From contig JBFFUI010000003.1 of the NCBI GenBank assembly GCA_041571435.1, forward strand, positions 61,585 through 125,584: DNA of 64,000 bases, in the 5' to 3' direction. Origin of the DNA: Sulfurimonadaceae bacterium. GTDB lineage: Bacteria; Campylobacterota; Campylobacteria; Campylobacterales; Sulfurimonadaceae. The translations under genes and the position numbers were made by a program. Below are positions 18,369 through 28,964 of this stretch, one piece after another. How positions within the stretch are numbered: the stretch's first letter is position 1; each line of letters opens with the position of its first letter. The notes under the pieces were generated by a model. That model made no database searches. It was not told where the DNA came from and worked only from the letters and a program-made list of their open reading frames with translations.

Positions 18369-18905
18369 TTACTTCGCTTTGATAATACTTAGTACACCAA
18401 CACGGTCAGCATCGACAAATTTTACATTTTCGATAGCGTCAAGGTCACGGACAAGTACAGAATCACCAAGGTCAAGCTTTTCAACATTGACAACGATTGA
18501 TTTTGGAAGTGCTTCCGGTGCTGCTTTAACAGCAAGACGCGGCTTAGCAACATACAGCATACCTTTGTTTTTAAGACCGATCGGTGAACCGACAGTCTCA
18601 ACAGGTACATGGTACTTTGTCACAACACCCGGTTGTGCCACCATAAGGTCAACATGAAGAAGGTTTCCTGTTACTGCATGAGACTCATAGCCCTGTACAA
18701 CAACATTCAACTCTTTGCCATCCAATTTGATTGGGAATGCCAAAGTCTCTTTATTACGAACTGTACGGATATATTCATTCATTTTGAATGCAGCATTGAT
18801 GTTCTCAAGGCCTTTTCCGTAAATATTCGCAATTAGATAACCATCACGGCGCAGTGCTTTTGTACCACGTTTACCGATACTCTCTCTAATAATACCTTCT
18901 AACAT
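18369..18905 (-). CDS. rplY: 50S ribosomal protein L25/Ctc
   Basis: LRRDG..ANIYG, LHVDL, IGLKNKG. Confidence 0.95.
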   Translation of the reverse strand: MLEGIIRESIGKRGTKALRRDGYLIANIYGKGLENINAAFKMNEYIRTVRNKETLAFPIKLDGKELNVVVQGYESHAVTGNLLHVDLMVAQPGVVTKYHVPVETVGSPIGLKNKGMLYVAKPRLAVKAAPEALPKSIVVNVEKLDLGDSVLVRDLDAIENVKFVDADRVGVLSIIKAK

Positions 18906-19112
18906 AGTTAGTCCTTTAAATAAAATAGGCCGGATTATACTGAAAATATTTTAAAAAATAGGTTAAGTGGAATAGGTAACTGTGTTTGGGAGCGAACGAA
19001 ACCGATAAGATAGCAAAATGTTGAAGCGAGATGTTAGCAAACTAAACGCGGCAGACAATAGCTGACTACGCCCGAAGGCGCAGTATCTGCGAGTTACAGA
19101 AAAGAAGAGACG

Positions 19113-20300
19113 CTACTGTTTGATCTGGAAAATCTCATCTTCCGCAAAGGCCTTCTCATCTTCGCCACTCTTAGGTGAAGCCGAGATCTTGCCACCCATA
19201 CCTTCCATCTTAAGTTTAAGGTCTGAAGGCGAGGTCGCATAGTTGAATGCCTGTTCGGTCGAGATGATCTTTTGTCGCCAAAGGTCCAAAAGGTGTTGGT
19301 CAAAACTTTGTGAACCATAGATCTCACGACCCTCTTCAATGGCATCACGGATCTCAACATCCCGGCTTTCCAAAATAAGCTGTGCAATATACGGTGTCTT
19401 GACCATGACTTCAAGCGCTGCCGCACGTTTTTCATCGATGGTCGGTACAAGACGCTGTGAGATAACCCCTTGAAGGACCGAAGCAAGCGAAAGACGGATA
19501 CGCGGTTGCTCTTCCGTCGGAAAACTTGAGACGATACGGTTGATCGTCTCTTTGGCATCCAGGGTGTGCAGTGTCGAGAAAACCAGGTGACCTGAATCAG
19601 ACGCGTGAAGCGCTGTTTCAATGGTTTCACGGTCACGCATCTCCCCGACCAGGATGATATCCGGATCTTCACGGAGTGCGGCACGAAGTGCATTGGCAAA
19701 ACTAAATGTATCTTGGCCGACACTGCGCTGGTTGACAACACACTTTCGGTCTTTATGGACAAACTCGATCGGGTCTTCGACCGTGATAATATGCTTACGC
19801 TTGTTCCAGTTTATCTCATTGATCATTGCCGCCAACGTGGTAGATTTACCAGAACCGGTTACACCGGTTACCAGGATCATACCACGTTCGATCTGGGTAA
19901 ACTTTTTAAGAATAGACGGCAGCCCCAGTTCCTCGAGAGAGAGAATCTTTACGGGGATAACACGGAAGACCGCCGATACGCCCTCCATCTGAAAAAATAT
20001 GTTGACACGAAAACGGGTGTGTTCATCATACGGATAGACAAGGTCAAGCTCTTTTTTTTCAACAAACTCCGTAAAACGTGTACGCAACAGCTCTTTGGCG
20101 AATGTCAGTGCATCTTCCTTGGAGAGGATATCACCTGAAAGCGGTACGATCTCACCTTGAATACGGGCACGAACAACCGCATTGGCTTTAATGTGAAGGT
20201 CAGACCCCTTTGTATCGATCATACGTTTAAGATAACCACGGATCTTCTCCAGGGTCTCAAAGGTCAACGAACTAATATCTATTTCTACTGGACTTGCCAT
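19113..20300 (-). CDS. pilT: PilT/PilU family type IV pilus retraction ATPase
   Basis: SDLH, GVTGSGKST, ITVEDPIE, ALREDPD, GEMRD, GHLVFSTLH. Confidence 0.9.
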   Translation of the reverse strand: MASPVEIDISSLTFETLEKIRGYLKRMIDTKGSDLHIKANAVVRARIQGEIVPLSGDILSKEDALTFAKELLRTRFTEFVEKKELDLVYPYDEHTRFRVNIFFQMEGVSAVFRVIPVKILSLEELGLPSILKKFTQIERGMILVTGVTGSGKSTTLAAMINEINWNKRKHIITVEDPIEFVHKDRKCVVNQRSVGQDTFSFANALRAALREDPDIILVGEMRDRETIETALHASDSGHLVFSTLHTLDAKETINRIVSSFPTEEQPRIRLSLASVLQGVISQRLVPTIDEKRAAALEVMVKTPYIAQLILESRDVEIRDAIEEGREIYGSQSFDQHLLDLWRQKIISTEQAFNYATSPSDLKLKMEGMGGKISASPKSGEDEKAFAEDEIFQIKQ

Positions 20301-20303
20301 ACT

Positions 20304-21287
20304 TTACTCCAATTCATTTAAAATTTCTCGAAATGCCTCTTTAAAGGCTTCTAAACCATCATCTATCTGCTTTACAACAACCGCATCGAAATCAATGCCT
20401 GCTTCAGCTATCTTCTTGAAATGCGCATCGATGATCGTAGCATCCAACGGTAATTTTACCATTTTATCGCCACCTTTTACAAAAGCATCGATCGTCTCCA
20501 CCGGTGCCGTGTTGACGGAGTGTGCCGCCAACAGTTCATCGATATAGTATGACGGACGAAGGTCATCGCCTTTTACCCCGGTAGATGCAAAAAGTGTTCG
20601 ACATCGGTCGACCCCTTTGGCTTCGATAGCGCTGTAGATCGCAGCGGCATTGTAGTTGCCCGTCAATGCCGGGGTAATCCCTTTTTCTGCGAGTTCTGCA
20701 TCCAGGGCACGGTCGATCCGGCTGACAAAGACACTGATCACCGTGTCAACGCTTGTACCGCTCTCTTTTTGTCCGCTTTCAAAGGCCTCTGCACACGAAA
20801 GCGCCTGCTCTTTCGAAAAGATCAGCGTTGCATTGACGGGGATGCCTTCACCTACCAATGCCTTCATTGCGCCATAACCTGCTTCCGTTGCCGGTACCTT
20901 GATCATGACGTTGGGACGGTCTATCGTCCTGTGCAGACGGAGACCCTCTTCGATCGTTCCCGCCGTATCATCGCAAAGCATCGGATCCACTTCGATACTG
21001 ACATAACCGTCGTCACCTGCATCATAGAGAGGACGCAGGATATCCGCTGCCTTTTGAATATCAAAGATCGCAAGCGCTTCATATTTTTCTTTGGCACCCA
21101 AGCCATCGAGTTCCGCCAGCTGTCGTTTGTAGGCGGGTGATGTCAGGATCGCACTTTTAAAAATCGCGGGATTGGAGGTTGCCCCGTTGATAATCCCGTT
21201 ATCGATCAATGTTTTAAACGCGTTATCCAGATAATCGCGTTCTATAAAGTCTGCCCATAATGCAAACTTCTTGTCTGTTAAGTACAT
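20304..21287 (-). CDS. tal: Transaldolase
   Basis: GATSNPAIF, VSIEVDP, MIKVPAT, NATLIFS, LFASTG; start moved to ATG 21287 (AGGA RBS). Confidence 0.93.
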   Translation of the reverse strand: MYLTDKKFALWADFIERDYLDNAFKTLIDNGIINGATSNPAIFKSAILTSPAYKRQLAELDGLGAKEKYEALAIFDIQKAADILRPLYDAGDDGYVSIEVDPMLCDDTAGTIEEGLRLHRTIDRPNVMIKVPATEAGYGAMKALVGEGIPVNATLIFSKEQALSCAEAFESGQKESGTSVDTVISVFVSRIDRALDAELAEKGITPALTGNYNAAAIYSAIEAKGVDRCRTLFASTGVKGDDLRPSYYIDELLAAHSVNTAPVETIDAFVKGGDKMVKLPLDATIIDAHFKKIAEAGIDFDAVVVKQIDDGLEAFKEAFREILNELE

Positions 21288-21423
21288 CTGTTTTCCTGAG
21301 TTATTTATATCGGAATTATTATAACCCAAAGATATTGCAAAGCGATTAAGAGTTTGCACTATTTATGAACTATTGCGATCTTTATGTTACGCTTCAGTTG
21401 TATACCAGCGCTAGGTTGCAGTA

Positions 21424-21852
21424 TTACTGCTTTGTAAACCGTAAGAGGCACTCTCTGTTGGCTCGCAGTTCAAGCCTGCCCTCATCATCGATCGCATAGC
21501 TTTCAACTCTGACCAGCCGTTGAAGGAGCTCTCTTTCGAGCGCCATCTGAGGACAAGCCATCATCGTTGACATCCCTTCCTTCAATCGGATCTTCGAATC
21601 CTCTGTTGTATAACTTCCGAAGATCTTATTGCAGCCCCCTTTTCCGCTGTAATGTCCATCTTTAAATATCAGATAGGCATCTTGCGGTACCGCCTTGCGC
21701 GTCAGACCGAAACTGACCAGTTTCCATGTGATTCCTTCGAACTGCTGCGAGGACACTTTAGGCATTGCATCTTCCTTCACTAGCGGAGATGATGTATTGC
21801 ATCCCGCAATTATCAGGACGAATAACAAAATGAAAAAATAGTTTTTATACAC
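21424..21852 (-). CDS. META/HslJ domain lipoprotein
   Basis: Lipobox IAGC; WKL, GKGGCN, STMMAC. Confidence 0.85.
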   Translation of the reverse strand: MYKNYFFILLFVLIIAGCNTSSPLVKEDAMPKVSSQQFEGITWKLVSFGLTRKAVPQDAYLIFKDGHYSGKGGCNKIFGSYTTEDSKIRLKEGMSTMMACPQMALERELLQRLVRVESYAIDDEGRLELRANRECLLRFTKQ

Positions 21853-21894
21853 AAGGTCTCCTTTTCTGTAAAGTTGAGACAGAGGCCGGCCCCC

Positions 21895-23118
21895 CTACCC
21901 GGTAATTTTTTCAAAAACAATGGCAGCATTTGTCCCGCCAAAACCGAAATTACAGCTCAGAACACGTTGCACTTCTGTTTTGACCGCACTGTTTTTGACT
22001 AGGTTGAGCTCTTCCATCTCCCCTTCACTCTCTACAAAGTTTATGACCGGCGGCAGCACGTTCTGCTGCATCGCAAGGATGGAGACTACGGCCTCTATGG
22101 TGCCCGCGGCACCTAAAGTATGACCGACCTGCCCTTTGATCGAACTCACATAAGGGCGCATATCGCCAAAGACCGTCGCGATCGCTTTTGCCTCACGGAT
22201 GTCATTGTAAAAGGTACTGGTACCATGAGCATTTATGTAGTCGATCTTCGGCTCTCCGGCCATCTCAAAAGCATCGCGGATCGCACTGATGGCCCCACGT
22301 GATTCCGGCTGCGGCGTGGAGATATGATAGGCATCCGCACTCTCGCCGAAACCGGTGATCTCGGCATAGATCCTCGCACCCCGTTTTTGGGCATGTTCCA
22401 GTGTCTCCAGTACAAGTGCGCCAGCGCCCTCGCCCATCACGAAACCGCTGCGCTCTTTGTCAAAAGGCCGCACCGCCTCTTTGGGGTTATCATTATGATC
22501 TTTGCACAGCGCATTCATCGCACCAAATCCGCCGAGTGCCAGCGGTGTGACACCCGCCTCGGCACCCACGACGATCATCCCTTCGCCTTTGGAGAACTGC
22601 AGTGTTTTATAGGCTTCGATGAGGGCATGTGTTCCTGCCGCACATGCCGTGTTCTCGCTCAGGTTTGCACCCCTGAGGTCAAACTTCATCGAGACCTGGC
22701 CTGCCAGCATGTTCGGCATATAGGAGGGGATAAGAAAAGGTGAGATATGGGACAGTTTGGAGCTGTTTTTAATGTCTGCCGCCTCTTCGATAGAGCCAAT
22801 ACCCACAAGGCAGTTGGCACTGACGACACCAAATGCCGTGGTGTCGACATCATCCAAAGAGGCATCTTCATACGCTTCCATCGCAGCGTGCAGCCCCAGT
22901 TGGATAAATCGGTCCGCCTTCTTCTGCTCGCGTTTTTTCATTACCGTTGAAGCATCAAAATCTTTCACCTCAGCCGCGATCTTGCACTCGAGTTCGCTGC
23001 TGTCGCAAAGAGTAATCCTGTCAATACCACACTCTCCGTCGATGATGGCCTGAAACGACTCCTTGCTATGGCCCAATGCATTGATCATACCGAGACCTGT
23101 AATAACGACACGTTTCAA
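21895..23118 (-). CDS. fabF: Beta-ketoacyl-ACP synthase II (FabF paralogue)
   Basis: TACAAG, NAHGTST, KGQVGH (Cys-His-His triad), NFGFGG. Confidence 0.88.
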   Translation of the reverse strand: MKRVVITGLGMINALGHSKESFQAIIDGECGIDRITLCDSSELECKIAAEVKDFDASTVMKKREQKKADRFIQLGLHAAMEAYEDASLDDVDTTAFGVVSANCLVGIGSIEEAADIKNSSKLSHISPFLIPSYMPNMLAGQVSMKFDLRGANLSENTACAAGTHALIEAYKTLQFSKGEGMIVVGAEAGVTPLALGGFGAMNALCKDHNDNPKEAVRPFDKERSGFVMGEGAGALVLETLEHAQKRGARIYAEITGFGESADAYHISTPQPESRGAISAIRDAFEMAGEPKIDYINAHGTSTFYNDIREAKAIATVFGDMRPYVSSIKGQVGHTLGAAGTIEAVVSILAMQQNVLPPVINFVESEGEMEELNLVKNSAVKTEVQRVLSCNFGFGGTNAAIVFEKITG

Positions 23119-24257
23119 AAAAGCCCCCCTTTGATATCTTGAATAAGACGGTCACTCCATGCATCGATGTCGGTCTCCGTCTGCGAGGTCAGGATGACAA
23201 AAGAGATGTCATATTTCGGGTAGATCCGCATGATCGTCCTGTAGCCCGGTCCGAGACCCTGATGCTGGTAGTAGAACTCGCCTTTGTCATTGATGTGGTA
23301 CCAGCCAATCCCGAAACTGATCTCCTCCTGCGGTGCGAGAAAGGAGTCGACTTTGACGGTCGGCGTCTCCAAGAAGACCTTTTTGGTCTTCTCATCGATC
23401 AGTTTGCCGTTGTTATAGGCGGAGAGGAAAAGTGCCATGTCGTGAACAGGAGCGACAAGCCCGCCGGCAGCCAGCCATCCGATATCAAACTGTTTCAGCC
23501 ACTGCGTCATCCCGTCCCAATGGTCCTTGTTGGCACTGTCCATAAACATGCGCATCGCAATACCGGTGATCGAGAACATCTTCATCGTCCCGTAGACCTG
23601 GTCTTTTGCCATCGCATCGGTATAGGTGAACCCGCTTCGCATCATCTGCGCCGGCTCGACCACACGTTCCATCACCATCTCGCCGAAGTCCTCACCCGTC
23701 GCTTTTTCAATGATCCGACTCAGGATGATGTACTCCGCGCTTGAGTATTTGGCCTCGCTCCCCGGCAGATAGGGCAACTCGATATGATCAGCGGTCTCTA
23801 TGCCGCTCGTTTTGGTATAGGCATAATAGTTGTCATCTGTCAGCGGCCGCACCTCTGATGAGCGGTCATTGATTCCCGAACTGTGGTTGAGCAGGTTTAA
23901 GATGGTGACCGTGACCTCTTTATCCTCATACATCGCTTTAAATCGCGGAAGGTACTTCTGCACAGGATCATCCAGCGAAAGGACCCCTTCGTTGACAAGC
24001 TGCATTGTCACCGTTGCCGCCAATATTTTGGTCAGCGAAAACACATGATAGACACTCTCTAAAGAAGTGGCCTGTTTTCTGGCAGAATCGTTAAAACCGA
24101 AACTGCTCTCATAAAGGATCTTGTCGCCTTTTAAAATAGCAAACGAAGCCGAAGGCGGAGTCTGATCATTGATCTCCTCGCGTACAAAACGCTCAAAACT
24201 CTCTACGCCGCCGAACAGGTTCAGGCTGATAAGAAGCGCCAAGAGGAGCGTTTTCAT
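23115..24257 (-). CDS. Secreted beta-lactamase-family serine hydrolase
   Basis: Signal peptide; SLTK (SxxK), LLNHSSG, YSS, HQG. Confidence 0.85.
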   Translation of the reverse strand: MKTLLLALLISLNLFGGVESFERFVREEINDQTPPSASFAILKGDKILYESSFGFNDSARKQATSLESVYHVFSLTKILAATVTMQLVNEGVLSLDDPVQKYLPRFKAMYEDKEVTVTILNLLNHSSGINDRSSEVRPLTDDNYYAYTKTSGIETADHIELPYLPGSEAKYSSAEYIILSRIIEKATGEDFGEMVMERVVEPAQMMRSGFTYTDAMAKDQVYGTMKMFSITGIAMRMFMDSANKDHWDGMTQWLKQFDIGWLAAGGLVAPVHDMALFLSAYNNGKLIDEKTKKVFLETPTVKVDSFLAPQEEISFGIGWYHINDKGEFYYQHQGLGPGYRTIMRIYPKYDISFVILTSQTETDIDAWSDRLIQDIKGGLF

Positions 24258-25462
24258 CTGCGGACCTTTTTCCCCATACTGTTCTTCTCGATACCTTTGA
24301 CATTGACAAGTTCGAAACTGAAGTTGATCTCCGGATAGTAGCGTTTAAAAAGCGCTCTGACATCGTTTTCGCTCGGCATCTTCCGCCCCGCTATCTGAAT
24401 CTCGAGACTCTCGTCTTTGAGTTTGGCACTGTCGCTTTTAATGGCGATCAGCGCATCTGTGGCCCCCAAATCATTTTCGATCATGTTTTCAAGCTCCACG
24501 ATGGAGATACGCTTTCCGGAGACTTTAATGATCTCATTGGCGCGGCCTAGCAGTTTGAACTTTCTGCCTTCGAGTTCGATGATGTCCGTCGTCGTATAGG
24601 GACGTTTCATCAGCGTGATCTTCTCTTCAAAAAGGTGGCTGGAGAGATACGGAGAATCCACCACCATACGCGACTCATGGTTCTTGGTCACCGAAACACC
24701 ATGAAGCGGTTCCCAGTAGGGATTTGTTCCTCTTTTTATCGCCACGCCGCCTGTCTCCGTCGAACCAAAGAGCTGGATGATCCGCGTGTTGTACTGCTTC
24801 TCAAAACGCTCGACCTCATCTTCTGTCAACAGCCCGGTCGATGACAGGAAAGTCACATTGTTCAGGTCATGCTCGCGTTTAAGACGCAGCAGTGCTTTGA
24901 TATAGACAGGGCTGGTCACCACCAGGCTCTTTTTATCTTCGTGCAGCAGGGTCAGCTCTTGCGGGTAGTACTCCTCTTTCAACAACAGTTCACACCCCAG
25001 GCGTCTCGGCAGCATCAGACCGGAGAGAAATCCGTAGATATGGATAAAAGGGACCGTCACAATGATGCGTTCAAAGTTCTCGGGCGCAAAGATCGCCTTC
25101 AGTGCATCAAGTTCGCCTTCGATGTTCTCTCTGTTTTTGATCGCCCCTGTCGGCACCCCGGTTGTCCCCGATGTAAAGAAGAGTGCGTACGTTGATGCCG
25201 GCAGTGCGGCGCTGTCATTTTTGTGGTCATAAGAGGCAATACCCAACTCTTTAACGCGGGCGTCGATCTCTCCGATATTGTGATCATACAGGACAGGCGT
25301 CACACCCTGTTCAATCGCCTTGTGAAGGAGTCCGAACAGTTCCGGTTTGGTATGGGCACTGAACGTCGCCTCTTTGGTTGCCAGGATCTCCTGTTTCTCC
25401 TGGATCTCTTCTAATGTCGTGTCGTTTCTAATGCCGGCATTGTCAATATGGATAATATTCAT
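24254..25462 (-). CDS. Short AMP-dependent acyl-CoA/acyl-ACP ligase (ApeH-like)
   Basis: FTSGTTGVP, HIYG, FGSTETGG, GRANEIIKVSGKR, terminal GK. Confidence 0.85.
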   Translation of the reverse strand: MNIIHIDNAGIRNDTTLEEIQEKQEILATKEATFSAHTKPELFGLLHKAIEQGVTPVLYDHNIGEIDARVKELGIASYDHKNDSAALPASTYALFFTSGTTGVPTGAIKNRENIEGELDALKAIFAPENFERIIVTVPFIHIYGFLSGLMLPRRLGCELLLKEEYYPQELTLLHEDKKSLVVTSPVYIKALLRLKREHDLNNVTFLSSTGLLTEDEVERFEKQYNTRIIQLFGSTETGGVAIKRGTNPYWEPLHGVSVTKNHESRMVVDSPYLSSHLFEEKITLMKRPYTTTDIIELEGRKFKLLGRANEIIKVSGKRISIVELENMIENDLGATDALIAIKSDSAKLKDESLEIQIAGRKMPSENDVRALFKRYYPEINFSFELVNVKGIEKNSMGKKVRR

Positions 25463-25637
25463 ACAGTCTACTTTATATTTTTTAAGTCTAATATTTATAA
25501 TACAAGATGGCTTATAGAGAGGTATAGAAGAGATGTTAATTCGCTATTATAATACGATATCGAAGATCGGTACACGCCGTTTCCTGAATCACACCCGTTA
25601 TCCGTCTGTTATAGGCATCGTATCGACAATGCCACTG

Positions 25638-27770
25638 CTATCGTTTTTGCACTGTCTGCAGTACAAACGTCGAAGCAATGCCCAGCGCGATCACCAGGCC
25701 GATGTGATGCAGTGCTCCGATATGGCTAAAGACAAAGATTCCGAAACCGGCGAAGGTGGTGAGCATGGCATAATAGATCGCTTCGTCTGTCTCCTCTTTG
25801 ACATCGCTCATGTAGATGCCGTAGTCGATGGCTGCTACCATCACGATGATGAGTGCAAAAAGATGCATCACCGAGAATGAACCGAGCAGCGCCAGCGTTA
25901 CAGCGATGACACCAAGAGGAAAGAGGACATAGTTCATGGCAATCAGGGCCCGTTCTTTCAACAAAACGACGAGCAGAAGCGAAATGAATCCAAAGGTCAG
26001 TGCCGCAATGACGACAAGCTGATCCAAAACATCTTCCACGCCTTTTTGCAGCAGCGTAGAGGCTTCCAACAACACCAGGTCGTCATCATAAGGAAGTGCA
26101 TCGGCCTCGCTTGCATCAATAAAGGCCAGGCTCATCCACCTTCCGTCATCAAGTTGCAGGGTCTCAAAGCCCATAGTTTTTGCAACGACTAGATCCGGTT
26201 CGGTGTAGGTTATGTTATCGGTAAACCTGTAAGCATTGCTGAAGGTGCCGCTGCGAAAACCTACCTGGGTTGCTATACGTTCCAAAGTCTCGCGCAGGCT
26301 CCCGAAATCGATCGCTTTAACCTTATGGGCATACGCGTCAAAACCCTCTTTGGACCTGTTTATCTTAGCCAAGGAGCGGAATGAAGCGTTCTTTTTCTGA
26401 ACGGCTTCCATCTTAAGCAGCATCTCATCCAAAGAGTGTCCGTAGACCAACACCGCACGCTCATCGGAGGCACCGCTTTTGACCTTCTCCTGCAAGGCGA
26501 GAAGTTTTGTATTTTGATAGTCAAGCTGGCGAAGGTCACCGTTGAAACGCAGTTGCGAGAAAGCAGCCGCGAGCAGCAGCAAGGAGAGAGCCAACACCAT
26601 TTTAGAACCGATGAGCCCTTTTGTGACCGCCCGAAGCCGAAACCGTTTGGCTTTGGGTTCAAACTGCCACGATGCAAATAAAAAACTGAACTGAAAGTAG
26701 GAGAAAGCCAAGGCGGCGATCCCAAACAGTGCCAGCTGCTGAATCAGTGGGAAATCTGCAAAGTAAAGGATGCCAAAACCGCTCACCGTTGTCAAAAAAG
26801 CGTAAAAGACTTTTTTGCGACTCTTCTCTTTACCTGTGTAATAGCTGTGAAAGTAGTAATGAAAAAAGTAATCCACCGCCATCATCGCAATACCGGAGCC
26901 AAAGGCAAGCGTAAAGATGGAGACCTTTGGAAAGATAAAAGTGACCGCAGCAAGACCGACAAAAAGCGAAGAGCCCAATGCGATAGAGGTCAGCAACAAG
27001 ACTTTAAAGTCGCGTAGGGTAAAGGCGTAAAAAAGCAGCAAAAGTATCATCGTTACGGTGATGATAAGGTTGACTTCACTTTTTATTTTGGCAGCGTTCT
27101 CAGCCGTAAAGAAATGCGGTGCAAAAGTGGTCACATCGGCGCCATAACCGTCGACAATGGCGTGCACCTCGTCGTAAAGTCTTTGTGATCCTTTTACATC
27201 GGCCACCCTGATCTTCAGAGTCGCCGTCAGCATATAGTTCTGGCCGTTGAAAAGCGCGATACCGTTTTTGCTTTTGGCTCCCGTCTGCTGCATCGGATCA
27301 CTGAAAAGCTTCAGCGGATCAGAGGTGTTGAGACCGCTGAAGAGAAACGAGCTCTGCATCTCGTTATAGAGGCTCTTTAGCCGTGTTTCGATGTAGGCAG
27401 GCGAGGTTCTTGAGTTATTCAGGCCAAGACGCTCTGCGTAGTGCTTACGCAAATACGCCGCAGTCGGCGAGTGGATACTGTCGACTTTGAAGAACAGCTC
27501 CTCGATCCCTTCTGTTGCCTGCAACTTTGCCGCTATCGTCTCCAAACGCTCTTTGGAGGCAGTGTCGCTCCCCTTTGAGATGACCATCAGACGGTTGAGC
27601 GTCTGCAGTTGCGAAGCGTCTTCGAGCTGTTTGGTATAGCTGTTCTGCGGAAAGATGGCGAGCATGTCGGTACTGAAATGTGACGGCGAGAAAAGAAGTC
27701 CCGCCGAGAGCATAATGCTCAGGTAGATAAAGAGGTAGAGTTTATTGGGCAATAAAGAGCGTAATTTCAT
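25638..27770 (-). CDS. MMPL/RND-like exporter (ApeM-like)
   Basis: Duplicated 1+5 TM architecture with AVDY and AIDY motifs. Confidence 0.8.
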   Translation of the reverse strand: MKLRSLLPNKLYLFIYLSIMLSAGLLFSPSHFSTDMLAIFPQNSYTKQLEDASQLQTLNRLMVISKGSDTASKERLETIAAKLQATEGIEELFFKVDSIHSPTAAYLRKHYAERLGLNNSRTSPAYIETRLKSLYNEMQSSFLFSGLNTSDPLKLFSDPMQQTGAKSKNGIALFNGQNYMLTATLKIRVADVKGSQRLYDEVHAIVDGYGADVTTFAPHFFTAENAAKIKSEVNLIITVTMILLLLFYAFTLRDFKVLLLTSIALGSSLFVGLAAVTFIFPKVSIFTLAFGSGIAMMAVDYFFHYYFHSYYTGKEKSRKKVFYAFLTTVSGFGILYFADFPLIQQLALFGIAALAFSYFQFSFLFASWQFEPKAKRFRLRAVTKGLIGSKMVLALSLLLLAAAFSQLRFNGDLRQLDYQNTKLLALQEKVKSGASDERAVLVYGHSLDEMLLKMEAVQKKNASFRSLAKINRSKEGFDAYAHKVKAIDFGSLRETLERIATQVGFRSGTFSNAYRFTDNITYTEPDLVVAKTMGFETLQLDDGRWMSLAFIDASEADALPYDDDLVLLEASTLLQKGVEDVLDQLVVIAALTFGFISLLLVVLLKERALIAMNYVLFPLGVIAVTLALLGSFSVMHLFALIIVMVAAIDYGIYMSDVKEETDEAIYYAMLTTFAGFGIFVFSHIGALHHIGLVIALGIASTFVLQTVQKR

Positions 27771-28227
27771 CGCCGTTACTCATCTTTGTCATAATCTTCT
27801 CCAGCCCTTTGGCACTACGGTGGACCACAACAGATTTTATCACTTTGTCCACCGGGGCAATCGGGGTAAGCATCACCACAGTCGTCGTTTGCTTGATCGT
27901 AAAATTTTCACTCAAGGCTGCATAATCGCCGCGATAGAGCTTATGGATAAAGTCCATGTAGACCTTCATCATCGGCTGTTCGTTGAGATCGACATGCTGT
28001 AGGGTATTGCCGCTGGCATCGGTGACATCCATGTAGGCGCCGTCATAGTTTATATGGCGCAGTTCGGGTTCCGTATACTCTATCTTCATCCCCGTATCGT
28101 CAAAAGTAATCGCACCTTTCATGTTTAAGGACTTGTCGATACTGTAGATATACCGTTGCTCTTTGAAGTTGTAACTGCCTGCAAAAAGCGTCATAAACGC
28201 CAGAAAAAGAAATACCGTTATCTTCAT
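27742..28227 (-). CDS. LolA-like periplasmic carrier (ApeL-like)
   Basis: Signal peptide; F.EQR...G.I...EY..P...NGD pattern; overlaps the MMPL gene. Confidence 0.72.
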   Translation of the reverse strand: MKITVFLFLAFMTLFAGSYNFKEQRYIYSIDKSLNMKGAITFDDTGMKIEYTEPELRHINYDGAYMDVTDASGNTLQHVDLNEQPMMKVYMDFIHKLYRGDYAALSENFTIKQTTTVVMLTPIAPVDKVIKSVVVHRSAKGLEKIMTKMSNGDEITLFIAQ

Positions 28228-28964
28228 GCAAAATTCCTTGTCACTTCTATCTGCATCACCTCTCTGACACGGCGCATCAAAGAGCGTACACTCTCATCTT
28301 CTTGTGGGTAGATCGGGTCCAGAAATGTCACTGCAATGTCAGTCTTTTGTTGAGTCTTGGCGATGTTAGAGCCTTTTGAGACAATCCGACCCGTACCGTC
28401 GATAATAACCGGAACAATAGGAAGCTTGTTGTCGACACTGAGACGAAAAGCCCCTTTTTGAAAGGGCAGCAGTGTGTCAGAATAGTTGCGGGTTCCTTCG
28501 GGGAAGATAAAGACATTGACATTGTTTTGCAGCGCTCTGGAGAGTCGGTTAAAAACGGTAATCGCTGCATTGGGGTTATGTTTTTCCATATAATAGACAC
28601 CCACCAGACGGGGGATCCTCAGAAAGACCGGCAGATCGCTGATAGGGTGGTTGGAGATCGTTGCAAAGTTCTGGATTATGCTACCGAGCAGGACAAAGTC
28701 AATCGATGACTGGTGTGAAGCGACATAGATAGCGGGTTTACAGCCGTTAAGGTTATTGCTGTTGTTAATAGTAATATCACCGATAACTGGAGATGCCTTC
28801 AAAAAAATGCGCCAGAAAAAGCGGACAACCACTTGAAATGACCAGCGAGGGTCACCGCCGGAAATCCAGACTAGCAGGGTGAACGTACCGGCGAAAACAA
28901 GTGCCAGGAGCATCAAAAAGATAAAAAGCCCGTAGATATAGGCGCTTAACAGTTTACTTGACAC
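28224..28964 (-). CDS. PlsC-type lysophospholipid acyltransferase
   Basis: SHQSSID (HxxxxD), FPEGTR, FQKGAF; start moved to GTG 28964. Confidence 0.88.
   Translation of the reverse strand: MSSKLLSAYIYGLFIFLMLLALVFAGTFTLLVWISGGDPRWSFQVVVRFFWRIFLKASPVIGDITINNSNNLNGCKPAIYVASHQSSIDFVLLGSIIQNFATISNHPISDLPVFLRIPRLVGVYYMEKHNPNAAITVFNRLSRALQNNVNVFIFPEGTRNYSDTLLPFQKGAFRLSVDNKLPIVPVIIDGTGRIVSKGSNIAKTQQKTDIAVTFLDPIYPQEDESVRSLMRRVREVMQIEVTRNFA

Noticed and set aside
19113-20300. PilT as a marker of a novel pilus system
   Set aside because: No other pilus genes nearby; it lies among housekeeping genes
23115-24257. True beta-lactam resistance gene
   Set aside because: YSS and HQG replace the YxN and KTG motifs, and the biosynthetic context favours an esterase or transferase
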